Below are positions 40,320 through 50,538 of a DNA stretch of 64,000 bases, piece by piece. Position numbers and translations under genes: made by a program. This stretch comes from an uncultured Gammaproteobacteria bacterium. GTDB lineage: Bacteria > Pseudomonadota > Gammaproteobacteria > CAWCPV01. The stretch is taken from the NCBI GenBank assembly GCA_963797555.1, contig CAWCPV010000010.1:83877-147876 (forward strand), in the 5' to 3' direction. Positions within the stretch are counted from its first letter, which is position 1. Each line of letters begins with the position of its first letter. The notes beneath the pieces are model-generated. The model made no database searches and had not been told where the DNA came from. It worked only from the letters and a program-made list of their open reading frames with translations.

Positions 40320-42458
40320 ATGGGGACGCCACACTTCGCATTGCCGAGCACCGCGCCTTCCGCCGGTTCAGAGCCGCAAGGGTTGATCGAGCGTGCGATG
40401 GAGTTCTCGCGCCAAGCGGGTGCTACCGACGCATCACTGACGGACGCGCACGCCGTCGCGCAGATCGTCTCGGAGCTGCGCCTGGACCCGGAGGTCCTCG
40501 CCGCGGCGGTCCTGTCCGTGGCGCTCCGGGGCCGTGATGTGTCCGCCGAGGCCGTGCGTGCATCCTTCGGGCCAGGCGTGGCGAAGCTGGTGGACGGGGT
40601 GTCGCGGATGGGCTTCCTGCACGAGATCGTGCTCCAGCCCGCCCACGCGGGTGCGGCTCACCTCGAGAACCTACGCAAGATGCTGCTCGCCATGGCGGAG
40701 GACGTGCGCGTGGTGCTCATCAAGTTGGCCGAGCGCGTGCATGTCATGCGTAGCCTCAAGCACCGGCCTGCGGAGCAGCGCGAGGCGGCTGCCCGGGAGA
40801 CCTTGAGCATTTTCGCGCCGCTCGCCAACCGGCTGGGCATCGGCCAGGTCAAATGGGAGCTGGAAGATGTGGCTTTCCGCTACCTGGAGCCAGAGCGTTA
40901 CAAGTACATCGCGGGCCTGCTGGATGAACGCCGTGTCGACCGCGAGCGGTATGTCGCAGGCGTGGTCAAGCGCCTGCGAGCAGAACTCGCCGAGGTGGGC
41001 CTCCGGGCCGAGGTCACCGGACGTCCGAAACACATTTACAGCATCTGGCGCAAGATGCAGCGCAAGGCGGTGGACTTCCATCAGCTCTCTGACGTGCGCG
41101 CGGTGCGGATACTCGTGGACCAGGTCAGCGACTGTTACGCGGCCCTGGGGGTGGTGCACACGCTCTGGCCGCACATCGCTGGCGAGTTCGACGACTACAT
41201 CGCCACCCCGAAGGAGAACCAGTATCGATCCTTGCACACCGCCGTTCGCGGGCCCGAGGGCAAGACCCTGGAGGTCCAGATCCGCACCTACGACATGAAC
41301 CACCACGCCGAGCTGGGGGTCGCCGCCCACTGGCGTTACAAAGAGGGCAGCCACCATGATCCCGGCTACGAACGAAGGATTGCCTGGCTGCGTCAGCTAC
41401 TGGACTGGAAGGGGGACCGCGATGAGGGCGGTGACCTGCTGGAGCAGTTCAAGGCCGAGGCATTCCACGATCGCGTTTACGTGCTGACGCCGCTGGGTGA
41501 GATCGTCGACCTGCCGCAGGGATCGACCCCCCTGGATTTCGCCTACCACATCCACACCCAGGTCGGACACCGCTGTCGCGGAGCGAAGGTCAACGGCCGC
41601 ATCGTCCCGCTCAACTGCGAGTTGAAGAGTGGGGATGAAGTGGAGGTGCTGACCGCGAAGCAGGGCGCTCCCAGCCGGGACTGGCTGAGCCCCCACCTGG
41701 GCTACCTGAAAAGCTCCCGGGCCCGCGGTCGGGTACGGCACTGGTTCAAGCAGCAGGACCTGGACAACACTCAGGCCGCGGGCCGGGCGCTGTTGGATCG
41801 GGAACTGAGGCGTCTGGGCATGGCTGGCATGAGCTACGACAAGCTCGCGCAGCAGTCCGGCTTCGCCAAGCTGGATGATTTCCTGGCAGCCCTGGGACGG
41901 GGCGACATCACGGCCACGCAGGTGGCCGCCACGGCCCAGGGCCTGCTCAGACCCGTACCGTCCGCGCAGCCCCGGGCGACACCCCGTCCCCCACCCGATT
42001 CCGGGAGCGGCGCGTTGCGGGTGAACGGCGTCGGAAACCTGCTCACCGCACTGGCGCGCTGCTGCACGCCCCTACCGGGCGACGCGGTCATTGGCTACAT
42101 TACTCGCGGCCGCGGGGTTACCGTGCACCGGCGCGAATGCCCCAACATTCTGCGTCTTGGCGGAGCGGGTGACGGACGGCTGGTGGCCGTGGACTGGGGC
42201 GAAGAGCCATCCGCCAAGTACCCGGTCGATATCCGCGTCGATGCCATCGACCGCTCGGGCCTTCTGCGCGACATCACTGCCATCCTGGGGGACGAGAAAG
42301 TCAACGTGATCGCAGTCAACAGCCTGAGCGACAAAGAACAACATAGGGCAGCGATGCACCTGACGCTTGAGGTCGTCGATCTCTACCAACTCAGCCGGGT
42401 ACTGGCACGAATCCACCAGGTGCCCAATGTCACCGACGCCCGCCGCTACACGGCTTGA
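40320..42458 (+). CDS. relA: GTP pyrophosphokinase RelA
   Basis: Degenerate hydrolase domain (no HD), GRPKHIYSIWRKM, YRSLHT, EVQIRT, AAHWRYKE, TGS, ZFD (CC..P.PGD, HRREC) and ACT domains. Confidence 0.95.
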   Translation: MGTPHFALPSTAPSAGSEPQGLIERAMEFSRQAGATDASLTDAHAVAQIVSELRLDPEVLAAAVLSVALRGRDVSAEAVRASFGPGVAKLVDGVSRMGFLHEIVLQPAHAGAAHLENLRKMLLAMAEDVRVVLIKLAERVHVMRSLKHRPAEQREAAARETLSIFAPLANRLGIGQVKWELEDVAFRYLEPERYKYIAGLLDERRVDRERYVAGVVKRLRAELAEVGLRAEVTGRPKHIYSIWRKMQRKAVDFHQLSDVRAVRILVDQVSDCYAALGVVHTLWPHIAGEFDDYIATPKENQYRSLHTAVRGPEGKTLEVQIRTYDMNHHAELGVAAHWRYKEGSHHDPGYERRIAWLRQLLDWKGDRDEGGDLLEQFKAEAFHDRVYVLTPLGEIVDLPQGSTPLDFAYHIHTQVGHRCRGAKVNGRIVPLNCELKSGDEVEVLTAKQGAPSRDWLSPHLGYLKSSRARGRVRHWFKQQDLDNTQAAGRALLDRELRRLGMAGMSYDKLAQQSGFAKLDDFLAALGRGDITATQVAATAQGLLRPVPSAQPRATPRPPPDSGSGALRVNGVGNLLTALARCCTPLPGDAVIGYITRGRGVTVHRRECPNILRLGGAGDGRLVAVDWGEEPSAKYPVDIRVDAIDRSGLLRDITAILGDEKVNVIAVNSLSDKEQHRAAMHLTLEVVDLYQLSRVLARIHQVPNVTDARRYTA

Positions 42459-42697
42459 CACGTTGGCGGCAGTCGTCCTCACGAGGCCCTTCCGCCTCAT
42501 GGCCGGTGCCCGCGCCCTGGATGCGCGGGCTCGCGGCGATCCCGTGCGCTCCGCGCGGACGCGCCATGTGCGCTCTTGCGACGCGAGTCGCGTCGAACGC
42601 ATGCATGGGGTTCTCATCTCAACGTGTTCGGACCAAAATCCATACGCTTCCTTTACATGCAAAACGCAACCAACTGAGAGGACGTGATCGATTGGCC

Positions 42698-42912
42698 CCG
42701 TCCACAGTCCCTGTGGATAACCTCGTGGATAGCCGGTGGGCGCGAGCCGCAGCGCGTTGCAACACCAAGTGCCTGTTTTCCCGGATAGACTCTCGACGTC
42801 CCGTAGAGAAGGCACGTCAAATCAGCGTGTTGCGGCGCTCTCGCGAAGCGGTTAGATGTTCGAACAACGCGAGTTTCGCTTTCCAGCGGGGACGCCATGG
42901 GGTTGTGCATAA
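42698..42912. promoter_or_regulatory. DnaA-box cluster with IHF consensus site (DARS-like)
   Basis: CCGTCCACA (42698) - 5 nt - TGTGGATAA (42712, perfect) - 3 nt - CGTGGATAG (42724); AATCAGCGTGTTG (42820-42832) fits WATCARNNNNTTR; TGTGCATAA (42904) is a further box. Confidence 0.65.
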
Positions 42913-43293
42913 CTGGGACGGGTCGGTCGTGGCCTGATGTGCGACGCGTCCTTCCAAACGCTTGACAGCAGCCACCTTTTTGGCGAAAGCGGGAACGGCA
43001 GGACCGCGGCGGCTCGATAGAGTTAGAATCGCAACCCACGTCATCGCTCTGGACGATGGCCAGGACGCCGAACCAGGCTTGTTGGATGGTTATGTCGCCG
43101 CACCACGATCGCAGCTTTGTCAGCGGAACTGACGGGTGCGGCCCTGGGCTGACCTCGCCCCTGTGGTCTGGCTGCGCTATGCTACCTGGTCCCGATGGGC
43201 GCCGGCGGGTCCGCGCGGGGCAAGTTGTCCGGCAGAGATCGGTAGCGTGTGGCGCTGGTCGGAGAGACGTGGTCCCCGAAGGAGCAGGCTGTG

Positions 43294-43713
43294 GTGAAGA
43301 GCTATCGCAAGGAGCTGTGGTTCGACACGCCCACTCGGTTCGCTTTCATCAATATCACTTCCCAAGTGCAGGAGTGCCTGCGCGAGAGCGGTGTCGCCGA
43401 CGGGCTCGTGCTGGTCAACGCCATGCACATCACCGCGTCGGTGTTCATAAACGACGACGAGTCCGGCTTACACCAGGATTACACCGCATGGCTGGAGAAG
43501 CTCGCGCCCCACGATCCGGTTCGCCAATACCGCCACAACGACACTGGCGAGGATAACGCCGATGCACACATGAAGCGCCAAATCATGGGACGCGAGGTGG
43601 TTGTCGCGGCCACCGCCGGTAAACTGGACTTCGGTCCGTGGGAGCAGATCTTTTACGGCGAATTCGACGGGGGTCGCCGCAAACGGGTGTTGGTGAAGAT
43701 TATCGGGGACTAG
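43294..43713 (+). CDS. yjbQ: YjbQ/UPF0047 family protein
   Basis: [49 protein letters not shown]; AAGGAG RBS. Confidence 0.9.
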   Translation: MKSYRKELWFDTPTRFAFINITSQVQECLRESGVADGLVLVNAMHITASVFINDDESGLHQDYTAWLEKLAPHDPVRQYRHNDTGEDNADAHMKRQIMGREVVVAATAGKLDFGPWEQIFYGEFDGGRRKRVLVKIIGD

Positions 43714-43822
43714 GCGGCCCGCCGATAACGAGGGAGCGGCGGCGCGTCGGGAGTCCGCGCCGGCTTCGCCCGTAGTCACGGGAGACCCATCTTTCCAGAG
43801 ATGACATGGAGGAGATAACGCT

Positions 43823-44293
43823 ATGGCCATCGCGAAGGCGCTGAAGACTTACCTAGATGCTCATGCAGTCAAGTACGATCTGGTGCCCCATCCGCGCACT
43901 GTGTCCAGCATGAAGACTGCCGAGGCGGCTCACGTTCCCGGCGATAGGCTGGCCAAAGCGGTGGTCCTCAGGGACGAACAAGGCTACCTGATGGCGGTGG
44001 TACCGTCCACGCACCACCTGGACCTCAGCATGGTCCACCGCCAACTGAACCGCAGGCTGGGACTCGCCACCGAGCAAGAACTACGCGAGCTGTTTCCGGA
44101 TACCGACGTTGGGGCCGTGCCTCCGGTAGGTGATGCCTACCGCGTGGAGGTCATCCTGGACGACGCTTTGGTGGGCCAGCCGGACATCTATTTCGAGGCC
44201 GGTGACCATGCCGATCTCATACACGTAGGTCAGCAGGACTTCCAGCACTTGCTGGAGAAAGCTGACAGGGGGCGGTTCTCCCACCACGTGTGA
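43823..44293 (+). CDS. YbaK/EbsC (aminoacyl-tRNA deacylase-like) family protein
   Basis: LAKAVVL, LATEQEL..LFPD...GAVPPVG, YFEAGDH; GGAGGAG RBS. Confidence 0.85.
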   Translation: MAIAKALKTYLDAHAVKYDLVPHPRTVSSMKTAEAAHVPGDRLAKAVVLRDEQGYLMAVVPSTHHLDLSMVHRQLNRRLGLATEQELRELFPDTDVGAVPPVGDAYRVEVILDDALVGQPDIYFEAGDHADLIHVGQQDFQHLLEKADRGRFSHHV

Positions 44294-44341
44294 GGGCGTC
44301 GGGCCCCCATTCCCGGGGTCACCTCGCCGTGCGCACTCCCG

Positions 44342-45004
44342 GTGCACGTCAGCTTCTTCGCGCAAGCGCTGGTCAGCGTGTTTGCGGTGGTCGACCCGGT
44401 CGCTGCCGCCGCGCTGTTCGCCGCCATGACCTCACGCAACAGCGAGGTGGACCGACATGTCATGGCGGCCCGGGCCGCGGCCACCACCGGCATCGTGCTG
44501 AGCGTCTTCCTGCTCTTCGGAAGTGCCTTGTTCGCGCTTTTATCGATCACCATGACGGCTTTCCGCTTGGCCGGGGGCCTGGTCATCGGAATCATGGCCC
44601 TGGATTTACTCAAGGCCACCCACACGGGGGTGCGCAGTACTGCAGAGGAGGAGAGCGAAGGGCTAGCCAAGGACGACGTGTCCGTTACACCGATAGCGGT
44701 GCCGATGCTGGCCGGTCCCGGCGCCATCTCCACTGTGATGATCCTGGCCGCACGCACCGACGGACCGGCGACCTACCTCACTCTGCTCGTGGTCATCGTG
44801 CTCGTTTCGCTGTGCGCCTGGATCCTGCTGCGCCAGGCCGCCCGGGTGAGCGCCGTCCTCGGCCAAACCGGTATCAACGTCCTCGGGCGCCTGATGGGGC
44901 TCATCGTCCTGGCGATAGCCGTGCAGTTCATGGTAGATGCGCTGCTGCAACTGATGCCTGCCTTTTATGAGGCACTTCACGGTGTCCGAGGCGAGCTGCT
45001 TTGA
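44342..45004 (+). CDS. MarC family integral membrane protein
   Basis: VVDP, AFRLAGG, PIAVPMLAGPGAIS, RLMGLI. Confidence 0.9.
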   Translation: MHVSFFAQALVSVFAVVDPVAAAALFAAMTSRNSEVDRHVMAARAAATTGIVLSVFLLFGSALFALLSITMTAFRLAGGLVIGIMALDLLKATHTGVRSTAEEESEGLAKDDVSVTPIAVPMLAGPGAISTVMILAARTDGPATYLTLLVVIVLVSLCAWILLRQAARVSAVLGQTGINVLGRLMGLIVLAIAVQFMVDALLQLMPAFYEALHGVRGELL

Positions 45005-45732
45005 TCGGAGGCCCGGGTTGGCTCTGTTCGCAGGGCGAAGGGCCGGATCCAACGGCTGTAGACCGTGTCCGCAACGCGTCGCAGCGCCTCCGCGCGCGTC
45101 ATCAGCCGCTCGGTCATTTGGCTCGGCGTCTGGACGGTGGCGGAGGGTTGTGCAACCTCATTGGCGTAACGCGCAGCCCAGTCGATGACCATCTCCGGCG
45201 TCATCTCCACGTGGCACTGCAGCGCCAGGACGTTGTCCATTACGAAGCCCTGGTGGTCGCAGTATCCGCTCTTGAGGATCCAGGTCGCGTCCCTCGGGAT
45301 GGAGAAGGTCTCGCCGTGCCAATGGAAGGCCGAGAACCGCTCTGGCAGATGGCCGAGCCAGTCGTCCGCCGCGGTATTGCTCAGCCGCTCCACAGGCAGC
45401 CAGCCGATCTCGCGGACCGGGTTGGCACCGACGACGCCACCGAGGGCCTTGCTGATGAGCTGCCCGCCGAGGCAGTGGCCGAGCACCGGAAGGCGTGCCT
45501 GCACGGCGCAACCGATGACTGTGAGTTCCTCCCGGATCCAGGGGAGGTCATCGTTCACGCTCATGGCCCCCCCCATGAACACCAAGCCGGAGATGTGCCG
45601 GATGGCCTTGGGAACTGGGGCGCCCTCATCGACCGGAACGATCTCGAAGGGGATGGAACGGCATCCCAGGAAATCGGCAAGATAGCCGGGGCCCTCGCAA
45701 GCGGCGTGGCGGAAAATGAGTACGGGATTCAT
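44977..45732 (-). CDS. Type 1 glutamine amidotransferase-like protein
   Basis: EGPG, MGGAMSVND, LGHCLGGQL, EIGW, FHWHGETF, QCHVE. Confidence 0.88.
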   Translation of the reverse strand: MNPVLIFRHAACEGPGYLADFLGCRSIPFEIVPVDEGAPVPKAIRHISGLVFMGGAMSVNDDLPWIREELTVIGCAVQARLPVLGHCLGGQLISKALGGVVGANPVREIGWLPVERLSNTAADDWLGHLPERFSAFHWHGETFSIPRDATWILKSGYCDHQGFVMDNVLALQCHVEMTPEMVIDWAARYANEVAQPSATVQTPSQMTERLMTRAEALRRVADTVYSRWIRPFALRTEPTRASDQSSSPRTP

Positions 45733-45786
45733 GTCGTGCCCTTAGCAAAAAGCAACCTATGTAACACGCCCCAGAGCCGAACCAAA

Positions 45787-46422
45787 GTGTTCGTGCTGGC
45801 GCTCGCCCTCGCGCTCGGCGCACCCGCCCGGGGGGTGGAGCGCGTGTTGGTGCTTGGCCTGTTCAAAGACAAGGCGGTGTTGCGCATCGACGGAAAGCAG
45901 CGGGTGCTGCGTGTTGGGCAGATCAGCCCCGAGGGCGTAGGACTGATATCGGCCGACAGCCGCGAAGCGGTCTTAGAGATCGACGGCAAGCGCCGGAGCT
46001 ACACACTGAGTGAGCAGGTAGCGACCCAATACGCGCCGCCCGGACAGACCGAGGTGGTACTGTGGCCAGATCGGCGTGGCCTGTACACGGTGGCCGGCAC
46101 GATTAACGGGATCACCATCAGCTGCCTGGTGGATACGGGGGCGAATGTCGTTGCCATGGGGACCGAGCAGGCAGCCCATCTTGGGATAGACCTCGCGAGA
46201 GAAGGCCACCTGGCCCAGGTGCAGACCGCCTCCGGGATGGTATCCGGCTATGGCGTAAAGCTGAGCCGTGTGGAGATCGGAGGCATCGTGGTCGACGACG
46301 TGCCGGCGGTCGTTCTGGAAGGTGACGCCGGACCCTCCGAGGTGCTGCTCGGGATGTCGTTCCTGGGTCGCCTGCAAATCCAGCGGGACGAGCAGAAGCT
46401 GATCCTCAGGCAGACTCGCTGA
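45787..46422 (+). CDS. Clan AA retroviral-like aspartic protease (TIGR02281-like)
   Basis: Signal peptide, LVDTGAN, LLGMSFL; start uncertain (45736 or 45787). Confidence 0.85.
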   Translation: MFVLALALALGAPARGVERVLVLGLFKDKAVLRIDGKQRVLRVGQISPEGVGLISADSREAVLEIDGKRRSYTLSEQVATQYAPPGQTEVVLWPDRRGLYTVAGTINGITISCLVDTGANVVAMGTEQAAHLGIDLAREGHLAQVQTASGMVSGYGVKLSRVEIGGIVVDDVPAVVLEGDAGPSEVLLGMSFLGRLQIQRDEQKLILRQTR

Positions 46423-47227
46423 CCGGCCCACCGACATCCTTGTCCCACTCCACCATCGCGTAGGCCGAGTGGTTGTGGATGGACTCGAAGTTCTCCGACT
46501 CCACCACGTAGGCGCCGATGCGCTCGTCCTGATTGAGTCTGACCGCCACGTCGCGCACCATGTCCTCAACGAACTTGGGGTTATTGTAGGCGCGCTCGGT
46601 CACATGCTTCTCGTCCGGGCGTTTCAGTAATCCATACAGCTCACAGGATGCCTCGCTCTCCACCAAGTCGATAAGATCCTCGATCCAGACGAACCCTCGG
46701 GTGCGTGCGGTAATAGTGACATGGGAGCGCTGGTTGTGGGCGCCGTACGCGGAGATCTCCTTGGAGCAGGGGCACAGGCTGGTCACTGGGACCACCACCT
46801 TGATGAGCATGCGCGGTCTGCCTTCGGCGACCTCGCCGATGAACGTGACGTCGTAGTCCATGAGACTCTCGACCCCGGTGACCGGCGCCTTCTTGGCGAC
46901 GAAGTAGGGGAAGGCCATCTCGATGTGTCCCGCCTGCGCTTCCAGTACTTGGGTCATCTCCGTCAGCATGTCCTTGAACGACCTCACGGTAATCTCGCGC
47001 TCGTGGTTGCTGAGGATCTCCACGAAACGAGACATATGCGTCCCCTTGAAATCGTGAGGCAGGTTCACGTACATGTTGAAGGTGGCGATGGTGTGCTGTT
47101 CGCCGCCGGTGCGATCGCTGACCCGAACGGGGTGACGGATATCCTTGATACCCACCTTGTTGATGGCGATTCTGCGGGTATCGCGGCTGTTCTGGACGTC
47201 GGCGATCAGTGGGCCCGGATGCATCAT
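46406..47227 (-). CDS. folE2: GTP cyclohydrolase IB
   Basis: [49 protein letters not shown]. Confidence 0.95.
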   Translation of the reverse strand: MMHPGPLIADVQNSRDTRRIAINKVGIKDIRHPVRVSDRTGGEQHTIATFNMYVNLPHDFKGTHMSRFVEILSNHEREITVRSFKDMLTEMTQVLEAQAGHIEMAFPYFVAKKAPVTGVESLMDYDVTFIGEVAEGRPRMLIKVVVPVTSLCPCSKEISAYGAHNQRSHVTITARTRGFVWIEDLIDLVESEASCELYGLLKRPDEKHVTERAYNNPKFVEDMVRDVAVRLNQDERIGAYVVESENFESIHNHSAYAMVEWDKDVGGPVSESA

Positions 47228-47613
47228 GGCGTATTGCCCTCGGTGTAACGGACGCAGGCGCGATCGGTCTCCCACAGGGTGACCGCATGCACCTCAATGC
47301 GCCCGTCGTTGAGCACCTCCGACAGGCCCCGATAGAGGTACGCCGCCAAGTTCTCTGCGGTCGGGTTCACCTGGTCGAACGGCTCGATCTCGTTGAGGTA
47401 GCGGTGGTCCAGCTTGACCGCCAGATCGCGGGCGGCCTCCTTGACCACCTTGAAGTCCACGGCCATTCCGAGATCGTCCAAGGCCGCCGCCTCGACCTCC
47501 ACCTCGAGCTTCCAGTTGTGGCCATGCATTCGGCTACAGGGGCCTGGATGGCCGCGGAGAACGTGGGCGGCGGCGAAGTCCGTTGTGATCCTGACGATAT
47601 AACGCGGCGGCAC
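47224..47613 (-). CDS. queD: 6-carboxy-5,6,7,8-tetrahydropterin synthase
   Basis: [33 protein letters not shown]; ATGA overlap with folE2; GTG 47613 start fits the promoter position. Confidence 0.92.
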   Translation of the reverse strand: MPPRYIVRITTDFAAAHVLRGHPGPCSRMHGHNWKLEVEVEAAALDDLGMAVDFKVVKEAARDLAVKLDHRYLNEIEPFDQVNPTAENLAAYLYRGLSEVLNDGRIEVHAVTLWETDRACVRYTEGNTP

Positions 47614-47640
47614 GGTCGCAATGTTGACAAAATCACTCAA

Positions 47641-47669
47641 ACTTTACAGGATCTCCCTGACCTTGACAA
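47641..47669 (-). promoter_or_regulatory. Sigma70-type promoter for queD-folE2
   Basis: Minus strand TTGTCA - 17 nt - TAAAGT. Confidence 0.55.
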
Positions 47670-47768
47670 GCGCGCTGGGCGTAGTCTCGACTGGGTCAGG
47701 CGATGCCTGACGCCCCTGGACCGCACTCGGCGAGCAGCTCTTGGCGGCTGCCATGGGCCGCGAAGGGC

Positions 47769-48641
47769 TCAGCTGACGCGCTCGATGATGTGCTGCGATA
47801 GCCAGCGCAGCGTGTCGGCCCGTCCGTCCAGCCCACGGAGCTGCGCCAGTGCCTGTTCGTGGAGACGCCTCGCCCGATCTCGGGCGCCCTCGATACCAAG
47901 TAGGGTGGGGTACGTGGGCTTGCTGCGGGAGGCATCCGCGCCGTGGATCTTGCCGAGGGTCGCTGTATCACCCACAACATCCAGGATGTCGTCGCGGATC
48001 TGGAAGGCAAGCCCAACACAGAGGGCGTAGGCGTCGAGATGCTCCAAGGTGGCCTCGTCGACCTCCGGCGCACTGAGAGCGCCGAGGCGCACGCTGGCAC
48101 GGATGAGCGCACCAGTCTTGCGCAGATGCATGTCTTCCATCTGATCCAGGGCGAGTCGTCGGCCGATGGCCGCCAGATCGATGGCTTGGCCGCCAACCAT
48201 CCCATCCGCTCCAGCCGCTTGAGACAGCGAGCGAACCATGCGCAGGCGCTGCTCGGGCGGTATGTTCATGGCGGGGTCCGTTGCCAAGACCTCGAAAGCT
48301 AAAGCCTGGAGCGCGTCCCCCGCGAGGATCGCCAGGGCGTCACCGAAGGCCTTGTGGCAAGTAGGTTTCCCCCGGCGCAGGTCGTCATCGTCCATGGCCG
48401 GCAGGTCATCGTGGACTAGCGAGTAAGCGTGTATCAACTCCACCGCGCAACCCGGACCGTCGAGCGCCTCCGGCGGCACTCCGAAGGCGGCACCGGTGGC
48501 GTACACGAGGACAGGCCGTATGCGCTTTCCGCCGCCCAAGACTGCATAGCGCATCGCCTCATCCAACCCTCCAGGCCAGGGACGGGACAGCCATGACTCG
48601 AGGGCGGCCTCCGCCCGCCTGCGGTAGGTGTCTACGGACAA
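47769..48641 (-). CDS. ispA: Farnesyl diphosphate synthase
   Basis: GGKRIRP, HDDLPAMDDDDLRRG, GGQAID, KTGALI, FQIRDDILD. Confidence 0.95.
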   Translation of the reverse strand: MSVDTYRRRAEAALESWLSRPWPGGLDEAMRYAVLGGGKRIRPVLVYATGAAFGVPPEALDGPGCAVELIHAYSLVHDDLPAMDDDDLRRGKPTCHKAFGDALAILAGDALQALAFEVLATDPAMNIPPEQRLRMVRSLSQAAGADGMVGGQAIDLAAIGRRLALDQMEDMHLRKTGALIRASVRLGALSAPEVDEATLEHLDAYALCVGLAFQIRDDILDVVGDTATLGKIHGADASRSKPTYPTLLGIEGARDRARRLHEQALAQLRGLDGRADTLRWLSQHIIERVS

Positions 48642-48642
48642 C

Positions 48643-48879
48643 TCAATCGTTGGCGAAGGGCAGGATCTCGGACTGGCCGTCGTCCCTTTCGAGCAAAACG
48701 TGCACTTTCTGGTCGGCCTCGGCGAGCGCCTTCTGACAGGCCCGTGTGAGCCCTATGCCGCGCTCGAAGTGCTTGAGGGACTCTTCGAGCCCCAACTCGC
48801 CCTTCTCCATACGCTCCACAATAGCCTCGAGCTCTTTCAGCGCCTGCTCGAAGTCGAAGTCCGGGGTCCGCTTGGCCAC
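48643..48879 (-). CDS. xseB: Exodeoxyribonuclease VII small subunit
   Basis: FEQALKELEAIVERMEKGELGLEESLKHFERG..L...CQKAL..A.QKV; AAGGAG RBS, GTG start. Confidence 0.93.
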   Translation of the reverse strand: MAKRTPDFDFEQALKELEAIVERMEKGELGLEESLKHFERGIGLTRACQKALAEADQKVHVLLERDDGQSEILPFAND

Positions 48880-49098
48880 TGAGGCTCTCCTTGGGGTGCC
48901 ATACGTTACTCTAGCTGAGTTGGACTGGTCAAACGATTGCGGCGCATTGACCACCGTCCCGTCAAAGTCCGTCGATGAGTGCAGGTGTTGAGCGGTGGGG
49001 TTGGGGGTTGGATGAGGCCCAGGGCTGAAGGGGCCAGGCGATGGAGAACCGTCTAGTCCCGATGGGGTTGAAGCCGGCGTGCTCACCGTCAACTTCGA

Positions 49099-49140
49099 TC
49101 CACTTGTGATCCGCGCTCGTCCACTTGCGATCCGCGCTCG
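49099..49140 (+). repeat. 21-bp tandem duplication (1 mismatch)
   Basis: TCCACTTGTGATCCGCGCTCG / TCCACTTGCGATCCGCGCTCG. Confidence 0.85.
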
Positions 49141-49183
49141 CGCACTTTTGGGGGGAGCGACCCGGGCTCGGGCACTGGAGGCC

Positions 49184-49372
49184 ATGAAGCGCTATCAGCG
49201 GACGAGCCTGATCGTTCTTCCGTTCCACGATGCCTCGACGGCGACCGTCATCCGGACAATGCGGAGCCTTCTGAAGGCCCAGGGCCAGCCGGAGGACTTC
49301 GGCGCGTGGCCGAGCCGAGTACGGCTCGCCCACAAGGCCAAGCGCAACTTCATGAAGCTGCAAGGGCTCTGA
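49184..49372 (+). pseudogene. Probable gene remnant (C-terminus resembling SWIM zinc-finger proteins)
   Basis: Ends ..RVRLAHKAKRNFMKLQGL*, like the HKRKRNF tail recalled from SWIM-domain proteins; no N-terminal domain visible. Confidence 0.3.
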
Positions 49373-49614
49373 GCCAGGCAGGCCTCATTCTCCAGAGGTT
49401 CCATGGGCGACGGCATCCGTGGCTCGCCAAGCGGTCGTGTACGGGCTAACATGAGCGCCTGCCATCGCTGAGCTTGTGAACGATTGCCGAGCGAAGCCCG
49501 GAGCAGGGATCTCGGCGCGCAGCGTCGAGCCATGTTCAGTAGATAGGCGGGGAGCGAACACCGCGCGGCGCCGTGATCGGGACCTGCGGCAGGCTCATTA
49601 ACAAGCCCTCTGTC

Positions 49615-50538
49615 ATGACCACGAACGCCAGCCCAGTCTTCAGCTTCGAGTTCTTTCCGCCCAAGACGCCGGAAGCGGTGGAAAAGCTCCGGGCCACCCG
49701 TGACCGGCTCGCCCGACTCGAGCCGGCCTTCTTCTCGGTCACCTTCGGAGCCGGCGGCAGCACGCGGGATCTGACCTTCGAGACCGTCCTGGAGATCCGC
49801 CGGGCTACCGGCCTGGAAGCGGCGCCCCATCTATCGTGCATCGGGTCCACCCGGCAGAGCATCCGGGAAGTCCTGGAAAGCTATCGGGCGCGGGGGATAA
49901 GGCGCATCGTGGCACTGCGCGGCGACCTGCCCTCCGGCATGGGCATCGGACCGCCCGGCGAGCTGCGTTACGCCAACGAACTGGTGGCCCTCATCCGCGA
50001 GACCACGGACGACTGGTTTCACATCGAGGTGGCAGCTTACCCGGAGTTCCATCCCCAGGCTCCCTCCGCCACGGCCGACCTGCACAATTTCGCGCGCAAG
50101 GCCGAGGCCGGCGCAAACGGCGCCATCACCCAGTACTTCTTCAATCCGGACGCCTACTTCCGTTTCGTGGACGACTGCGCACGGCTGGGTGTGACCCTCC
50201 CGGTCGTACCGGGCATCATGCCCATCACCAATCACAAGCAGCTGGCGCGCTTCTCGGACGCCTGCGGGGCAGAGATCCCCCGCTGGATCCGCAGGCGGTT
50301 GGAGGATTTCGGCGACGACATCAAGTCCTTGCGGGCCTTTGGCATCGAGGTCACCACGCAGCTTTGTGGTCGGCTCCTGCAAGGCGGCGTGCCGGGCCTG
50401 CACTTTTACACCCTGAATCAGGCCGAGGCGACCCTCGCCGTGTGGCGCAACCTCGGGCTTCCAGGCCCCACCGCGGAGCCCGGCGTCGGCGAGGATGGGG
50501 GAACGCGCCTGGAAACGCTGCGCCGGCTGCCTACATGA
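49615..50538 (+). CDS. metF: 5,10-methylenetetrahydrofolate reductase
   Basis: SFEFFPPKT, SVTFGAGGS, HLSC, ALRGD, AAYPE.HP, ITQYFF, PGIMPI, LHFYTLN. Confidence 0.96.
   Translation: MTTNASPVFSFEFFPPKTPEAVEKLRATRDRLARLEPAFFSVTFGAGGSTRDLTFETVLEIRRATGLEAAPHLSCIGSTRQSIREVLESYRARGIRRIVALRGDLPSGMGIGPPGELRYANELVALIRETTDDWFHIEVAAYPEFHPQAPSATADLHNFARKAEAGANGAITQYFFNPDAYFRFVDDCARLGVTLPVVPGIMPITNHKQLARFSDACGAEIPRWIRRRLEDFGDDIKSLRAFGIEVTTQLCGRLLQGGVPGLHFYTLNQAEATLAVWRNLGLPGPTAEPGVGEDGGTRLETLRRLPT

Noticed and set aside
42460-43290. Chromosomal origin oriC
   Set aside because: Few boxes, no AT-rich unwinding element or GATC cluster, and no dnaA/gidA/parAB context.
45001-45735. 473-aa version of the aspartic protease
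   Set aside because: The upstream portion is antisense to the amidotransferase gene; the signal peptide begins near 45787.
49099-49150. CRISPR array
   Set aside because: Only two adjacent 21-bp copies with no spacers and no cas genes.
49545-49612. SAH riboswitch upstream of metF (GGGGAGCG...CAGGCTC...AAC)
   Set aside because: Only fragments match; the GAGGAGCGYUGC core and P1 pairing are not present. An Rfam scan would settle it.
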